Shown one piece after another: positions 1 to 9,657 of a stretch of 64,000 nt of DNA (position 1 is the stretch's first letter; every line of letters begins with the position of its first letter). The stretch covers positions 3,080 through 67,079 of the forward strand of contig CALBOE010000010.1 of assembly GCA_937896905.1 (NCBI GenBank). The letters run 5' to 3'. The stretch is from an uncultured Clostridia bacterium. Its GTDB lineage: Bacteria; Bacillota; Clostridia; Christensenellales; UBA1242. Position numbers and translations under genes: made by a program. The notes beneath the pieces are model-generated. The model ran no database searches. It was not told where the DNA came from and was given only the letters and a program-made list of their open reading frames with translations.

Positions 1-5
1 AAATT

Positions 6-788
6 TTAGATTTCTTTCCCATTTTCGTTTTTCCTTTTATAAATATTTATTGCCAAAATTATAATTCCTAAAACCGCAATTAGCATGCTTAGCAATTGAG
101 AAACCCTTATCCCAGTGTTGGCAATATATAAAGAATCCCCCCTAATGCCTTCAATTAAGCACCTTCCAATGCCATACCAAATTAAATAGCAGGCAGAAAG
201 CGATGCGTTTTTACTTAACCTTTTAAATAATATTAAAAGAAGAACACACCCTATTAAATTCCACAAACTTTCATAGAAGAACGTTGCATATCGCCAATCG
301 CCGTCCACCACAACGCTAAAAGGAAAAAACTGAAGTGCAGGGTTTGTTACCGCTTCCCCATAACAACAGCCACCAAAAAAACACCCAATTCTGCCAATTG
401 CTTGCCCTAAAGCCAGCCCCGCCACCACAACATCTAGCAGTTGCCAAAAGTTCTTTTTAAATATTAAAGAATACAAAACTCCACCTAAAATTCCGCCAAT
501 AATAGAGCCATACACTGCAAGCCCACCATCTGCCAAGTTGAAAAACTGAACAAATGTATAACTTTCACCGCTAAAAATGCAGTAATATGCCCTAGCGCCT
601 AGAATGGCAAACGGAAAAACAAACAAGGCAAGCATAAAAATATTATCACTTGTTAAACCTTTCTTTTTTGCCAAAAAACAAGTTAGCAACAACCCCGCCA
701 ACATTCCAAGCGCAACAAAAAGACCATAAAATGTTGCATGAAATGGCCCTATATTAATTTCGTTAGATGGAGCAGTAAAACACGTCAT
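6..788 (-). CDS. lgt: Prolipoprotein diacylglyceryl transferase
   Basis: 260-aa polytopic membrane ORF with an Lgt signature-like GRIGCFFGGCCYGE and an aromatic-rich C-terminal half. Confidence 0.85.
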   Translation of the reverse strand: MTCFTAPSNEINIGPFHATFYGLFVALGMLAGLLLTCFLAKKKGLTSDNIFMLALFVFPFAILGARAYYCIFSGESYTFVQFFNLADGGLAVYGSIIGGILGGVLYSLIFKKNFWQLLDVVVAGLALGQAIGRIGCFFGGCCYGEAVTNPALQFFPFSVVVDGDWRYATFFYESLWNLIGCVLLLILFKRLSKNASLSACYLIWYGIGRCLIEGIRGDSLYIANTGIRVSQLLSMLIAVLGIIILAINIYKRKNENGKEI

Positions 789-901
789 ATAACATTATTA
801 TAAAAACAATTCCCCAAAAAAGCAAGCAAAATGCACATTCATAAAAACCGCTTTATTTATAATAATATAACATTATATGTTTATTTGTCATATTAAAAGA
901 T

Positions 902-2164
902 ATGAAATATTTTGGAACTGACGGAATACGTGGCAATGCCGTAAACACTTTCACGCAGAACCTTTTAAAAAAAATTGGCAAAGCCATTTGCTTGTTCTAC
1001 AAAAAGCACAACCTAAAACCAGTTCTGCTGGTTGGCAACGACGGCAGATGCAGCTGCCACCACATTTTAAGCGGACTTTGTTCTGTGCTGCTAAATCACG
1101 GTGTTGAAGTTCATAATGTTGGCCTTTGTTCCACCCCATGCCTAGCACACATAGGAAACAAATTTAACTATCCACTTACAATTATGATAACCGCTTCCCA
1201 CAATCAGAACTATGATAACGGGATTAAGTTTTTTAGTTGTGGGCAAAAACTAGAGTCGCATTTACAAGCAGAAATTGAACAGTTTATGGATAAACCACTA
1301 AAACAAAAAATTGTTTATGCAAAACTTCAATCTTGCGAACACTTAAAAGAAACTTATGTGAACTATTTGCTTAAATTAAAACACAACAACTTCCCCTGCA
1401 TTTTAGACGGAGCAAATGGCGGAGCAAGTGCAATTTTAAAGCAAGTGTTTCCTCTCAATAAAAAATTTAATGTTAATCCCAATGGAACAAACATAAATTT
1501 AAATTCAGGCTCAACTTGCATAGAGGTTTTGCAAGCCGAGTGCAGAAAACACAAGATTACGGGATTTGCCTTTGATGGAGATGCCGACAGGATTATTGCG
1601 GTTAGCCCAAATGGAAATGTTGTTGATGGCGACCAAATACTGTTCATTCTTTCCAAAATTTTGCTTCATACGGGCGACAATTGCATTGGAACAATAATCT
1701 CAAACTACGGTTTGGAGAAATCTCTTAAAAAGCAAAATATTAATTTTATTAGAACAAAAATTGGCGACAGATTTATTGTGCAAGAAATGAAGAAAAAAGG
1801 CGCCAATTTGGGCGGTGAACAATGCGGACACATAATTATTAACCCCCTAACTAAAACAAGTGACGGTGTTTTAACCGCCATTGTTTTAACCAATATTTTA
1901 TCCTCCACAAATTTAAGTTTAGACGAACTTCTTTTTGATTATTTTCCACACCACCAAGCAACAAAAAATCTGCCCCTAAACAAGCCGCTTATTGACCACG
2001 AAAACTTAAAATTATTAAATAAAAAATTTGAAAACGAACAAGCAAAAATGATTATCACTCCAAGCGGAACAGAAAATATTTTACGCTTGTTTGTTGAACA
2101 TAAAAATAAAGAAAAAGCCGAAAAAACATTAAAAAAATTAGAAAATTTCATAAAAAATATGTAA
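902..2164 (+). CDS. glmM: Phosphoglucosamine mutase
   Basis: N-terminal FGTDGIRG, phosphoserine loop TASHNQ..DNGIKFF, Mg loop FDGDADR. Confidence 0.85.
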   Translation: MKYFGTDGIRGNAVNTFTQNLLKKIGKAICLFYKKHNLKPVLLVGNDGRCSCHHILSGLCSVLLNHGVEVHNVGLCSTPCLAHIGNKFNYPLTIMITASHNQNYDNGIKFFSCGQKLESHLQAEIEQFMDKPLKQKIVYAKLQSCEHLKETYVNYLLKLKHNNFPCILDGANGGASAILKQVFPLNKKFNVNPNGTNINLNSGSTCIEVLQAECRKHKITGFAFDGDADRIIAVSPNGNVVDGDQILFILSKILLHTGDNCIGTIISNYGLEKSLKKQNINFIRTKIGDRFIVQEMKKKGANLGGEQCGHIIINPLTKTSDGVLTAIVLTNILSSTNLSLDELLFDYFPHHQATKNLPLNKPLIDHENLKLLNKKFENEQAKMIITPSGTENILRLFVEHKNKEKAEKTLKKLENFIKNM

Positions 2165-2280
2165 ATTTGTGTGTTTTTTAATTTTTTTATCATTTTTATT
2201 AATAGAAAATTAAAATTTATTTTATTAATTTAACAATCTTTTAATTTGCAATTATTGTTAAAATTTGTTAGAATAAAATT

Positions 2281-2946
2281 ATGAATTACACGCTAAATAA
2301 CGATTGGGCAAATGCGCTTAGCAACAGGTTTAATTTGGAATACAAAAGAGAGTTGTTTTCTTGGCTTGAAAAAGAATATGCTACTAACACAGTTTTTCCA
2401 CCAAAGGAAAAGGTTTTTAACGCACTAAATTTAGTTTCAATTAATGAAGTTAAAGTTGTTATTATTGGGCAGGACCCATACCACACTTTTGGCCAGGCAG
2501 ATGGATTAGCTTTTAGTTGCCACAACGGAACACCCCAGCCAAGTTTAAAAAACATTTTTAAAGAAATTAATGCCGACCTTAACATTCAAATGAGTTCGTC
2601 AACCGACCTAACTCCTTGGGCAAATCAAGGTGTGCTTTTGCTTAACACAAGTTTAACTGTTATTGAACACAAACCTGCCAGCCACAGCAACAAACTTTGG
2701 CACACATTCACAACCGAAATTGTTAAAATTTTAAACGAGCTTAATCAGCCAATTGTGTTTATGCTTTGGGGCAACCACGCAAAACAATTTTTGCCAATGC
2801 TTAACAACCGCAACCACCTAATTTTAACTTCGGCTCACCCTAGCCCATTTTCGGCCTATAACGGATTTTTTGGCTGCAAACACTTTTCTAAATGCAACAA
2901 TTTTTTAGCAAGCAAAAACCTAACCCCAATCAATTGGCAAATTTAA
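2281..2946 (+). CDS. ung: Uracil-DNA glycosylase (family 1)
   Basis: GQDPYH water-activating loop and C-terminal HPSPFSA motif; 221 aa. Confidence 0.9.
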   Translation: MNYTLNNDWANALSNRFNLEYKRELFSWLEKEYATNTVFPPKEKVFNALNLVSINEVKVVIIGQDPYHTFGQADGLAFSCHNGTPQPSLKNIFKEINADLNIQMSSSTDLTPWANQGVLLLNTSLTVIEHKPASHSNKLWHTFTTEIVKILNELNQPIVFMLWGNHAKQFLPMLNNRNHLILTSAHPSPFSAYNGFFGCKHFSKCNNFLASKNLTPINWQI

Positions 2947-2956
2947 ACAATTTCCC

Positions 2957-2985
2957 TTGACAAGAATGTTTTTTAATTATATAAT
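2957..2985 (+). promoter_or_regulatory. Consensus sigma-A-type promoter for ileS (TTGACA-17 nt-TATAAT)
   Basis: TTGACA at 2957-2962, 17-nt spacer, TATAAT at 2980-2985. Confidence 0.7.
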
Positions 2986-3087
2986 GAATACATAATATGA
3001 GCTTAATGAGTTTTGTTATTGCAACTGTTATTATAGCACGAATTATTCTACCAATTAAATTGTAGAATTGCGTTTTGCTGTGATTAG

Positions 3088-3114
3088 GTGCCGGCACTAC
3101 GCTGGCACTTTTTT
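3088..3114 (+). terminator. Intrinsic terminator inside the ileS leader (also the first terminator after ung)
   Basis: GTGCCGGC / GCTGGCAC 8-bp stem (one G-U), loop ACTAC, then TTTTTT; ends 20 nt before the ileS ATG. Confidence 0.7.
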
Positions 3115-3134
3115 AAAATTAAAAGGAGATATTT

Positions 3135-6100
3135 ATGCAAAAAGAAAACGGAAATTTAGATTATGTTAAAATGGAAGAAAGCATTTTAAAATTCTGGCAA
3201 GAAAACAACACCTTTAAAAAGTTAAAACAAAAGAACAAAAATTCTGGCAAGTATTTTGCTTCGCTAGATGGCCCTATAACCGCCAACTACAACATGGGTT
3301 TGCACCATGCTTATAACAGAACGTTTAAAGACGCAATGATTAAGTTTGCTGGACTTTGTGGGTGCGATCAACACTATCAAAACGGCTTTGATGCGCATGG
3401 GCTTCCTGTGGAACTTCGTGCGGAAAGCGAGCTTGGCATTAACAGCAAAAAAGAAATTGTTGAATATGGCATTGATAACTTTGTTGATAAATGCATGAAC
3501 ATTGTTGACACCTATTCTGCCGCTCAAACAAAATCTTCTATCCGCCTTGGTCAATGGATGAATTGGGATGACAGTTACTACACAAATAGCGACAATAACA
3601 TAACCTCCATTTGGCACTTTTTAAAGAAATGCCAAGAAAAAGGTTACATTGCAAACAGCCACCGCATTATGCGTTGGTGCACACGTTGCGGAACCAGCAT
3701 TTCCGACCATGAAATGACAGACGATGGCGCATATAGAGAGGTTACCTGCCAAGCAATCTTCTTTAAATGCCCAATTAAAAATTCTAATAATGATATGTTG
3801 GTGTGGACAACCACTCCATGGACTTTAACCGCAAACGTTGCAGTTGCTGTTAACCCAGAATTTGAATACAACATTGTTAAGGTTAAAAGCCAACAACGCA
3901 ACATCATTGTTTGCTCCACCCTTATGAAAGTTTTAAAAGACGACGTTGTTGAAGTTGTTAAAACTGTTAAAGGTAGCGAACTAGTTGGTTTAAGTTACGA
4001 AACCTGCTTCCCAGAGCTTAGCGAACAAAACTTTGAACACAAAATTGTTGCTTGGGACGAAGTTAGTGCATCTGACGGAACTGGAGCTGTTCACATTGCC
4101 CCAGGTTGTGGCGATGCCGACTTTGAACTTGGAAAAACTTTAAATCTTCCACAGGTATGCCCGATTAACGAAAGTGGAATTTACTACGACAATTTTGGCG
4201 TGTTTGCTGGAAAAAATGCTAATACAGACGAAGTTAGAGATTTTGTTTTCGACCTTATGAAAGAAAGAAACAAAACCTACTACACTCACAAATTTACTCA
4301 CGCCTATCCACATTGCTGGAGATGTAAAAATCCTTTATTGTTTAGGCTTGTGGACCAATGGGTTATTAAAATGGATGACTTACGCCCACAATTGATTTCT
4401 GCAATAGACAACGTTAAATTTAACCCAGAATTTATGAAAAAACGTATGTTAGATTGGCTTAACAATATGGGCGACTGGGCAATTTCACGTTCCCGTTTCT
4501 ACGGCCTACCTCTTCCATTCTACCCTTGCCAAGATTGTGGCGAACTAACCGTTGTTGGTAGCATTGAAGAGTTTAAAAAGTTGGCTAGTGTTGAAGAAGT
4601 TAATGCTCTACCTCACTTGCACCGCCCACACATTGACAAAGTTAAAATTAACTGCCCAAAATGTGGCGCTAAGGTTGAAAGAATTACCGAAGTTGGCGAC
4701 TGCTGGTTAGACGCAGGCATAACACCATTTAGCACAAAAAATTATTTTACCGATAAAGAATTCTTTAATAAAAACTTCCCTGTTGAATGCGTTATTGAAG
4801 GCAAAGAACAAATCCGTTTGTGGTTCTACTCGTTGCTTGTTATGAGTGTTGTTTTAACAGGCAAAGCTCCATATAAACGTATTGCAACAACTCCAATGTT
4901 GCTAGCGCAGGACGGAAAGAAACTTTCTAAATCTAGCCCTAACAACATTCCGCTGGACACTGCATTCGCAGAAATTGGCGCAGATATTATCCGCTACAAT
5001 TTTGTTTGCACCCCGCTTGTTAATGATGTTAAATTTGGGCGAGATACCTGTGACGAAGTTAAACGTAAACTTTTAGGTTTGTGGAATGCCTACATTTTCC
5101 TTAACACATATGCTTGTATTGATAATCCAGATTTAACCGGCTACAAACCAAATGAAAACGAACTGAATATTATGGACAAATGGTTAATTAACCGAGTTAA
5201 CGAATTTGTTAAAAATGCACATGCGTCCTACTCTAACCAAGCATTTGGAAGCGTTGCAAAAGATTTTGAAGTGTTAGTAGACGAATTAACAAATTGGTAC
5301 ATTCGCAACAACCGCAGAAGGTTCTATAAAAGCGAAAATAATGTTGACACTTTAAACGCATACTTCTGCTTACATTATGCACTTAAAAACATTTCTGTTG
5401 CAATGTTCCCAATAATTCCTTTCATCAGTGAATATCTATGGCAAAATGCAGTTCGCGCGTTGGATAAAAACTGTGCAGAAAGCGTTGCATTAAACGGCTA
5501 CGTGCTAGACGAATTTGTTGTTGATGGCGCAGGGTTAACCGAAAAAACCGACATTGTTAGAAACATCTTCACCATGGTGAGCAAATTAAGAAACGAAAAT
5601 CAAATTAAAGTTAAACAACCACTAAAAACCTTGTTTGTTAACGGTAACAGCACTGTTGAACAAGCCGTTGAACTATACGCCGAAACAATTAAAAGCGAAC
5701 TTAACATTAAAGATATTGTTATGGAAAAAGATAATTCCAGGTTTAATGACGAATTCCTTGTGTTAGATTTCCGCAAAGCGGGCGCCGTTCTTAAAGGCGA
5801 TGTTCAAAAAGTTAAAAATCTTTTAGCAGACGCAACAGATGTTGATATGCAAAAAATGGTTAATGAATTAAAAAACGGAAAAGTTACAGTTGGCGAGTTT
5901 GAAAACTTAGACAGTTCTCTTTTCACTATATCCACCAAACCAAAACAAGATTATGTTATTGCAAACGATGGCGACGTAACAGTTGTTCTTGACATAACCA
6001 TTAATAGAGATTTAATGCTTGAAGGGCTTGCACGCGAACTAATCCGTTCTGCGCAAGTTTTAAGAAAAAAGGCAGGATTTAATGTGGAAGATAGAATTTG

Positions 6101-6278
6101 TATTCAACTAGAAACCACCGGTGCAGATTTAACCGAAATTGTTAGTAAGTATGCCAATAAGATTTCTAGTGAACTTCTTGCAAACAGCAATTTAAGAACC
6201 ACAATTCTTAATCCTGAAATTGAAGAAACGGTTGAAATTGCAGACGAAACAATTTTAATTAAAATGAAAAGAAATTAA
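3135..6278 (+). CDS. ileS: Isoleucyl-tRNA synthetase, long eukaryote-like type 2 form
   Basis: 1047 aa; class I HIGH-region variant (GLHHAYNR), KLSKS, CxxC zinc knuckles; strong SD AAAGGAG. Confidence 0.9.
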   Translation: MQKENGNLDYVKMEESILKFWQENNTFKKLKQKNKNSGKYFASLDGPITANYNMGLHHAYNRTFKDAMIKFAGLCGCDQHYQNGFDAHGLPVELRAESELGINSKKEIVEYGIDNFVDKCMNIVDTYSAAQTKSSIRLGQWMNWDDSYYTNSDNNITSIWHFLKKCQEKGYIANSHRIMRWCTRCGTSISDHEMTDDGAYREVTCQAIFFKCPIKNSNNDMLVWTTTPWTLTANVAVAVNPEFEYNIVKVKSQQRNIIVCSTLMKVLKDDVVEVVKTVKGSELVGLSYETCFPELSEQNFEHKIVAWDEVSASDGTGAVHIAPGCGDADFELGKTLNLPQVCPINESGIYYDNFGVFAGKNANTDEVRDFVFDLMKERNKTYYTHKFTHAYPHCWRCKNPLLFRLVDQWVIKMDDLRPQLISAIDNVKFNPEFMKKRMLDWLNNMGDWAISRSRFYGLPLPFYPCQDCGELTVVGSIEEFKKLASVEEVNALPHLHRPHIDKVKINCPKCGAKVERITEVGDCWLDAGITPFSTKNYFTDKEFFNKNFPVECVIEGKEQIRLWFYSLLVMSVVLTGKAPYKRIATTPMLLAQDGKKLSKSSPNNIPLDTAFAEIGADIIRYNFVCTPLVNDVKFGRDTCDEVKRKLLGLWNAYIFLNTYACIDNPDLTGYKPNENELNIMDKWLINRVNEFVKNAHASYSNQAFGSVAKDFEVLVDELTNWYIRNNRRRFYKSENNVDTLNAYFCLHYALKNISVAMFPIIPFISEYLWQNAVRALDKNCAESVALNGYVLDEFVVDGAGLTEKTDIVRNIFTMVSKLRNENQIKVKQPLKTLFVNGNSTVEQAVELYAETIKSELNIKDIVMEKDNSRFNDEFLVLDFRKAGAVLKGDVQKVKNLLADATDVDMQKMVNELKNGKVTVGEFENLDSSLFTISTKPKQDYVIANDGDVTVVLDITINRDLMLEGLARELIRSAQVLRKKAGFNVEDRICIQLETTGADLTEIVSKYANKISSELLANSNLRTTILNPEIEETVEIADETILIKMKRN

Positions 6279-6310
6279 TTATTTTCGTTAAAAATTTAAA
6301 AATATTAGCA

Positions 6311-6338
6311 AAAAACACGCAAAAATGCGTGTTTTTTA
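6311..6338. terminator. Bidirectional intrinsic terminator between ileS and acpS
   Basis: ACACGCA / TGCGTGT stem flanked by an A-run and a T-run. Confidence 0.65.
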
Positions 6339-6372
6339 ATTAAATTTAATTTTAATTTAGATTTATTTTCCA

Positions 6373-6717
6373 TTAATCTATTAACACAACTGCAGTTGCA
6401 TATTCCGCACAATGAGAAATGCTTATTTGAATTCTGCTTGCAAAATGCTCTTTTAAAATGCTTTTAATGTATGGTGTTTCATTAATGAATGGTTTGCCAG
6501 TTTCGGTGTGCAACACTTCAATTTTTGAAAAGATAATACTGTCGTCATCAAGGGCTTTAACAAATGCCTCTTTAACACAATAAAACCCACAATAATGCTC
6601 TATGGCATTTTCAAATTCGTTAGCATAGTTAATTTCGTTTTGCGAAAAAACTCTTTTAAATCCATCATCTGTCCAATGCTCAAACCTATTAATTTTTTCA
6701 ATATCAATTCCTATCAT
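6373..6717 (-). CDS. acpS: Holo-[acyl-carrier-protein] synthase
   Basis: 114 aa, MIGIDIEKINRF start typical of the AcpS 4'-phosphopantetheinyl transferase family. Confidence 0.85.
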   Translation of the reverse strand: MIGIDIEKINRFEHWTDDGFKRVFSQNEINYANEFENAIEHYCGFYCVKEAFVKALDDDSIIFSKIEVLHTETGKPFINETPYIKSILKEHFASRIQISISHCAEYATAVVLID

Positions 6718-6729
6718 ATATATTTCCTT

Positions 6730-7344
6730 TTAAAACTCCTGCTCGTCTTCTTGCCAAGAATACTCATTTAGCACACGCTTAATGTCTTCCCACGAAAACC
6801 CCTGCGACTGAAGGCGGCGAGTTAATTTAATTTTATTTCTGTTGTCGATAACTTTATTTTTTAAAAATTTTTTTGCACAAATGTAGCAACTTTCATAGTC
6901 GTCAACATCACTTAAACTTTTTGCAACAACATCTTGTTTAATGCCGAAGCCGCAAAGCTTATGCCTTAATTTTGTTTTGCTAAAGTTTGAGTTAGAGCGA
7001 ACGTAAAGTTCGGCAAATTGAGCATCATCTAAAACCTTATATTCTTTTAATTTAGCAATCACTGCAGAAACAATTTCTGTTTTAAAACTTTTCTTATACA
7101 AATAATCTTTAACTTGCTTTTCTGTTTTAACCGAGTTTGCAAGATATGTACTTGCCATTTCCAATGCGATTATATATGCACTATCGCTAACCGCACTAAA
7201 GAAAAGTTCATCTTCAATTTCACCTTTTGAAATGCCTTGTTGCAATATAACATCGCTATGCAATAAAAAAACTCCACAATCAGTTGTTGCAATAAAATTA
7301 TTTGAGTTTAGTGTATTTTTTAATTTAAGCTCTAAAATTTCCAT
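6730..7344 (-). CDS. recX: RecX-family regulatory protein
   Basis: 204 aa; repeated three-helix pattern (..KLKEYKVLDDAQFAELYVRS.. ..RRLQSQGFSWEDIKRVL) typical of RecX. Confidence 0.65.
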   Translation of the reverse strand: MEILELKLKNTLNSNNFIATTDCGVFLLHSDVILQQGISKGEIEDELFFSAVSDSAYIIALEMASTYLANSVKTEKQVKDYLYKKSFKTEIVSAVIAKLKEYKVLDDAQFAELYVRSNSNFSKTKLRHKLCGFGIKQDVVAKSLSDVDDYESCYICAKKFLKNKVIDNRNKIKLTRRLQSQGFSWEDIKRVLNEYSWQEDEQEF

Positions 7345-7615
7345 AGTATGATTATAACAAATAATTTAAAAAAAGTAACAACAATTTAAACATATTAATT
7401 AATTTTTATTTTTTAGTATTAAAATTCTAAAAAGCGTATTTTATTATTAAATTTTCATTATTTTTTAAAATTTTAATTTCTTTTTTAAATTTATTAATCA
7501 TTTTTAGTGTTTTTATTAATATTTTTGAAATTATGTTAATTTATTTCTTTTTTTTATTCATTGTGTTATAATTATATTAATATAAACCAATTCATCATAA
7601 AGGGGAAAATTAAAA

Positions 7616-8866
7616 ATGAAAATTAAAAAAATTGTTGCATATGAAGTTATAGATAGCCGCGGCAATCCAACAGTTGAGTGTGAACTTACGCTTGAAAATG
7701 GAGTTAAGGCAACTGCCATTGTTCCAAGTGGAGCGTCTACCGGTGAACGTGAGGCGTTAGAACTTAGAGATGGCGAAAAACGTTATCACGGGAAAGGAGT
7801 TTTGAAAGCTGTTAACAATGTTAACAAAATTATTGCTCCTCACATTGTTGGAATGCATGTTGAAAAGCAAGAAGAAATTGACAATGCAATGCTTAAACTT
7901 GACGGCACCGAATTTAAAACAAATTTGGGTGCCAACGCCATTCTTTCTGTTAGTTTGGCAGCAGCACGTGCAAATGCTATTAACAAGAACAAATCACTAT
8001 TTGCAAGTTTAGGAAAAGGAACTCAAATTCCAATGCCAATGATGAACATTGTTAATGGCGGCGCCCACTCTAATGCAAATGTGGATTTTCAAGAATATAT
8101 GATTGTGCCAAAAGGTGCAAAAAACATTAATCAAGCCTTACAAATGGCAAGTGAAACGTTTGTTGAACTTAAAAAATTGTTGCACTCAATGAACCTTTCC
8201 ACCGGAGTTGGCGATGAGGGTGGATTTGCCCCAAACTTTAAAGACAACGAACAACCTTTGCAAGTTATTGTTCAAGCCATTGAAAAGGCTGGATACATTC
8301 CTGGAAAAGATATTTTCATTGCTCTTGATGTTGCAGGAAGCGAATTCTACAACGCCAAAACTAAAAAATATGAACTTAAAAAGAGTAACGGTGGCAGTTT
8401 AACCTCCAAGCAAATGATTGATTGGTACACAAAACTTATTAAAACCTACCCTATCATATCAATTGAGGATCCACTAAGCGAAAACGATTGGGACGGCTGG
8501 ATTAAAATCACAAAAAAACTTGGCGGCAAAATTCAAATTGTTGGCGACGACGTGTTTGTAACTAATCCTAAAATTCTTAAAGAGGGAATTGAAAATGGCG
8601 TTGCAAATGCAATTTTAATTAAATTAAATCAAATTGGCACACTTACTGAAACCCTACAAACAATCCGCTTGGCACAAGACAATGGATATAAAACCGTTAT
8701 TTCGCACAGAAGCGGTGAAAGTGAAGACACTTTTATTGCAGATTTGGCTGTTGCTGTTAACTCTGGGCAAATTAAAACCGGCTCCATTTGCAGAACAGAC
8801 AGAGTTGCAAAATACAATCAACTTATTAGAATTGAAAGAAATTTAAAAAATAAGGCAAGGTTTTAA
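7616..8866 (+). CDS. eno: Enolase
   Basis: 416 aa; [17 protein letters not shown] and [12 protein letters not shown] signatures; SD AAAGGGG. Confidence 0.95.
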   Translation: MKIKKIVAYEVIDSRGNPTVECELTLENGVKATAIVPSGASTGEREALELRDGEKRYHGKGVLKAVNNVNKIIAPHIVGMHVEKQEEIDNAMLKLDGTEFKTNLGANAILSVSLAAARANAINKNKSLFASLGKGTQIPMPMMNIVNGGAHSNANVDFQEYMIVPKGAKNINQALQMASETFVELKKLLHSMNLSTGVGDEGGFAPNFKDNEQPLQVIVQAIEKAGYIPGKDIFIALDVAGSEFYNAKTKKYELKKSNGGSLTSKQMIDWYTKLIKTYPIISIEDPLSENDWDGWIKITKKLGGKIQIVGDDVFVTNPKILKEGIENGVANAILIKLNQIGTLTETLQTIRLAQDNGYKTVISHRSGESEDTFIADLAVAVNSGQIKTGSICRTDRVAKYNQLIRIERNLKNKARF

Positions 8867-8867
8867 T

Positions 8868-9515
8868 ATGATTATATCAATTGACGGTCCTGCAGGAAGC
8901 GGGAAATCTACCGTGGCTAATGTTTTGGCAAAAAAATTAGGCTTTGTGCACTTTAATTCTGGTTCTTTATATAGAGGCATTACTGCATTTTTATTAGAAC
9001 AACAAGAAGACGCAACTTATGTGGATGACAATTTACTTAAAAATATTTCGCTTTCTGTTAAATTTATTAATGGCGTTCAACACGTTTTTGTTAACAGTAA
9101 AGATTACACATCTATGCTTCGCAACAACAACATCAGTGTTGCCTCGCCTGAAATTAGCAAAATTCCACTTGTGCGCAAAATTGCTGATGAGTGTCAAAGA
9201 AATTTTGCAAGCCAAAACAATGTTGTTATTGATGGCAGAGATATTGGCAGTTTTGTTTTCCCTAATGCCGAATTTAAGTTTTATTTAGATTGCAGCGTTA
9301 AGGTACGTGCCAAACGCCGTTTTGCAGAAGAAAAACTCAAAAATAATAATGTTACCCTGGAAGAAATTGAAAAGGAACTTATTGTTAGGGACGAAATTGA
9401 TAAGAAGAAAGAAATTGCACCGTTAGTTATTCCTAAAAATGCAGTTATAATAGACTCGTCAACGTTAACAGTAAATGATGTCGTTAACAAAATGTTAAGT
9501 TACATTAAAATATAG
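8868..9515 (+). CDS. cmk: Cytidylate kinase
   Basis: IDGPAGSGKST P-loop; 215 aa; starts 2 nt after the eno stop. Confidence 0.9.
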   Translation: MIISIDGPAGSGKSTVANVLAKKLGFVHFNSGSLYRGITAFLLEQQEDATYVDDNLLKNISLSVKFINGVQHVFVNSKDYTSMLRNNNISVASPEISKIPLVRKIADECQRNFASQNNVVIDGRDIGSFVFPNAEFKFYLDCSVKVRAKRRFAEEKLKNNNVTLEEIEKELIVRDEIDKKKEIAPLVIPKNAVIIDSSTLTVNDVVNKMLSYIKI

Positions 9516-9606
9516 AACCATCAACTAAAAGCGTCTTAATTGACGTTTTTTTGTTTAAATTAATATTATTAGTATAATTTATGTGAAAATTTTTAAAAAT
9601 TTGGTA

Positions 9607-9635
9607 TTGACAAAACCCCAACCCCGTATTATACT
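9607..9635 (+). promoter_or_regulatory. Strong promoter (TTGACA-17 nt-TATACT) for the 528-aa orphan
   Basis: TTGACA 9607-9612, TATACT 9630-9635, followed by SD GGAGGGG. Confidence 0.6.
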
Positions 9636-9657
9636 ACAAGCATAAACGGAGGGGTTT

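Noticed and set aside
2992-3134. Calling the ileS leader a T-box riboswitch
   Set aside because: I could not identify the conserved T-box sequence, a UGGN acceptor-pairing bulge, or a Stem I with an Ile specifier. It is reported only as an attenuator of unknown type.
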